Positions 61,381 through 64,000 of a stretch of DNA of 64,000 nucleotides are shown piece by piece. The position numbers were made by a program, and so were the translations under genes. The notes beneath the pieces were generated by a model. That model made no database searches. It saw nothing but the letters and a program-made list of their open reading frames with translations, and was not told where the DNA came from. The DNA is from an uncultured delta proteobacterium (lineage in GTDB: Bacteria > Desulfobacterota > Desulfobacteria > Desulfobacterales > B30-G6). The stretch is from NCBI GenBank assembly GCA_963823335.1, contig CAWGLD010000005.1:96001-160000 (forward strand), written 5' to 3'. Numbering within the stretch: the stretch's first letter is position 1; each line of letters starts with the position of its first letter.

Positions 61381-62499
61381 ATGCCGGAATATGATGTTGA
61401 ATGTGAAAATCTCTGCAAGAATTTTGGGGACTTCGAAGCCGTAAAAAATTTTAACCTTAAGGTTGAAAAAGGAGAATATATCGCGTTTCTTGGTCCCAGC
61501 GGATGCGGGAAGAGCACAACCTTAAGATGCATCGCGGGGCATAATGACATAACCTCCGGTGATGTTCTTTTAAGGGGAAAACGGGTTAATGACCTGCCCC
61601 CCGGGCAGAGGGATACATCCATGATGTTTCAAAGCTTTGCGTTGTTTCCGCACAAGACAGTGAATGACAACGTCGGGTTTGGCTTGAAAATGAGAGGCGT
61701 TCCTACAGGCGAATTGCATAAACGTGTTGAAGACATGCTTGACATTGTCGGGTTGGAAGGCATGGGGGAGCGAAAACCAGGAGATCTGAGCGGGGGACAA
61801 CAGCAGCGTGTTGCTTTAGCACGAGCACTTATAACGGAACCGGCCGTGTTGCTGCTTGATGAGCCGCTGGGGCATCTGGATGAATTGTTGAGAATTAAAC
61901 TCAGGGGAGAATTAAAGAATCTGCAGAGGCGGCTTGGCATCACTTCTATTCATGTGACCCATAACCAGGATGAATGTCTCACCATGGGAGATCGTCTTGT
62001 CGTTATGAATGAGGGTATCATTGAGCAGATCGGAACGCCGCAGGATATTTACATTAGACCGGCCACTTTTTTTGTGGCCACCTTCGTGGGTGACAATTTT
62101 GTTTTAAGAGGTGAGATTGAATCCGTTGAAAATACAATTGTAACCCTCAAAACGGCGATTGGCAGCTTTAAAATTAACACCCGCCGGGCGCTTCCAAACA
62201 AAGGAGAGGACGTTGGTTTCAGTATACGTGCAGACTTGATTCACGTCTTAAGGGAAGGGCAGAAAGCGGATAATCAACTCATCGGCATTGTTGAATTTGT
62301 TGAGTATGTTGGCTATGTGGTGAAGGTTAGGGTTCGGATTGAGTCGGGGGATGAAATAATTATAAAACAAACACAGGACGAATATTTTGAAACCCCTCCC
62401 AGAGAGGGAGACAAGATCAAACTCGGGTGGGCGGCAGATGAGGCTATCTTACTGACCGGACCCTATACAGTTGGAGGAAAATCCATATATGGAGAATAA
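61381..62499 (+). CDS. PotA-like ABC ATPase
   Basis: GPSGCGKST, FQSFALFPH, LSGGQQQRVALARA, TOBE-like C-terminus. Confidence 0.9.
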   Translation: MPEYDVECENLCKNFGDFEAVKNFNLKVEKGEYIAFLGPSGCGKSTTLRCIAGHNDITSGDVLLRGKRVNDLPPGQRDTSMMFQSFALFPHKTVNDNVGFGLKMRGVPTGELHKRVEDMLDIVGLEGMGERKPGDLSGGQQQRVALARALITEPAVLLLDEPLGHLDELLRIKLRGELKNLQRRLGITSIHVTHNQDECLTMGDRLVVMNEGIIEQIGTPQDIYIRPATFFVATFVGDNFVLRGEIESVENTIVTLKTAIGSFKINTRRALPNKGEDVGFSIRADLIHVLREGQKADNQLIGIVEFVEYVGYVVKVRVRIESGDEIIIKQTQDEYFETPPREGDKIKLGWAADEAILLTGPYTVGGKSIYGE

Positions 62500-62600
62500 G
62501 ATTTATCTAAATGGTATTCAAAGAAAGGAGGTGACTTGGTAAACCGGATTTGACAACGGAATAAAAAATTAACCGTTCGTTAAAAAGGAGTGGAGGTGTG

Positions 62601-63816
62601 ATGATGTCAAATGAAAAAGAGACTAATCGGCGAGAGTTTTTGAAGCGTATGGGGTACATGGGTGCAGCGGGCATGGGGGGTATGATGTTGGGACCGTACC
62701 TGACCGGCCGGGCATTGGCGGCAACAGATATTGAGGGAGGACAGGAAATCTTTGTAGCCGACAAGGACGAACTCGGCCAGGAGTTAAACTTGTTTGTCTG
62801 GAATGGTTATGATGCAGACGGCGTTCTCAATCCTTTCCGCAAACGTTATGATTGTAAGATTAACGTGGAGCTTTTGACGGACGATCCGGATGCGATCATG
62901 AAGCTCAAAGCCGGTGCAACCCGGCAATTTCACATCCTGGTTTTGAACAACTGCTGGTCCAGAGGCATGTATAAGGATGGCCTGATCAAACCGTTGGACA
63001 AGAACACATTCGAACCCTTTTTTAAAGATTATCCATCACGGTATCCAATGGCCATACAAATGGGCCATGGCCGATGATGGCAACCTGCTTGGCATGCCCC
63101 AACGCTACGGGCCTTTCAATTTTGTAATCAACAACAAGGGCATTTCGAAAAAAACCGCCGAGGATGAAGGCTGGAACCTGTTTTCGGATCCCAAAAACAA
63201 AGGTCGATGGGCATTGTTGAATTGGGATAACTGGGTCCTCTATCAAATGTGCCAGGGAGCCGGTGTTTATCCGTTTAAAAAGCACAGCAATGATGAAATG
63301 AAGAAGGTTGAGGATGTTGCGTTCAAGTGGTTTAAAAATGCAAAATTTGTGACCGAGAGCGAGGTTGAAGCTAACAACGCCCTGATAAACGGTGAAATCG
63401 ACTTTTACGTCTGCGGTGGAAATTATACGGCATCACCGCCTCGGCGCGAGGGACGTTTGGAAGTTGAAGCAGTAACACCCAGAAAGGGCGCCATGAAGAA
63501 CGGTGTCGGGGGAATTGTTTGGATGGAGTTGACCAATGTCATCAACAACCCCAAACCCAGCCCCTTGGCCGATGATTTTCTCGCATATTTGCAGGAGCCG
63601 GAAGTTGCCTATTTGGTGGCTATGGCGGATAGCACGCATAATCCTGTCGCAAACATGAGCGATCCGAATGTCTATAAGCGGTTCTCCAAAAACGACCTGC
63701 TTTCTATTCAATGGGATTCTCTAGAAGATGATCTTAATTACTGTGAGGATTATGCCGAAAATCCGGATTACCACAACATGATGCGTTTTTATCGCAAAGC
63801 AAAGGCGTCGAGATAA
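62601..63816 (+). pseudogene. PotD/PotF-like Tat-exported solute-binding protein with a +1 frameshift near 63043-63046
   Basis: RREFLK Tat motif, LNLFVWNGY; ...YPSRY joins QWPYKWAM... Confidence 0.75.
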
Positions 63817-63914
63817 CAAAATGGGATAAAGGTTTTCTGCTTGCAGATTACCCTTATCCCTTTTCCTGAGTCCATCCAAACACGGGTTCGATAACTGCTG
63901 TTGGAGTTAAAAAC

Positions 63915-64000
63915 ATGCTGAAAAAAATCTTGTTAGCAACAGATGGGTCCGCTGATTCGAGGAAAGCGCTGGCTTTTGCTGTTGATATGGCTTCGCGATA
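63915..64000 (+). CDS. universal stress protein, 5' part only (runs off the window)
   Basis: GGAG RBS; MLKKILLATDGSADSRKALAFAVDMA. Confidence 0.75.
   Translation, partial: MLKKILLATDGSADSRKALAFAVDMASR

Noticed and set aside
59031-63046. Programmed ribosomal frameshifting in the Pot-type operon
   Set aside because: The three sites share no slippery sequence or stimulator; error or decay is simpler

Overview
This 64-kb window looks like chromosomal DNA from an anaerobic deltaproteobacterium of the Desulfobacterales type, inferred from gene content: tungsten AOR, Ni-CODH, Sec-containing SelD, 4Fe-4S proteins and Tat-exported binding proteins. From left to right: (1) the probable right end of an integrated island (fadL, a 58-bp attC-like site, two AT-rich ICMT-family genes, an 18-bp tRNA-Leu-like 3' end, then a CTAG-flanked MITE); (2) a choline/ethanolamine kinase divergent from GlcG, a TRAP transporter and USP, convergent with AOR-MoaD; (3) transport and housekeeping genes (MFS, MacAB-like ABC, EamA, ADH, Liv-type ABC with a CoA ligase); (4) a nitrosative-stress-like cluster where CooS sits among genes usually found with Hcp, next to qNor and an Rrf2 regulator, with a shared candidate operator; (5) selD with an in-frame UGA and SECIS, ybaK, cyclophilin and a solitary dnaK; (6) a hybrid kinase and sigma54 regulator divergent from a sigma54-promoted Pot-type ABC operon that contains ucpA and three +1 frameshifts. 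Intergenic DNA holds several dispersed repeat families, including GGG-tract repeats that always lie G-rich on the sense strand at gene 3' ends. I found no CRISPR array, rRNA, intact tRNA, integrase or transposase. All calls are by eye; no searches were run.
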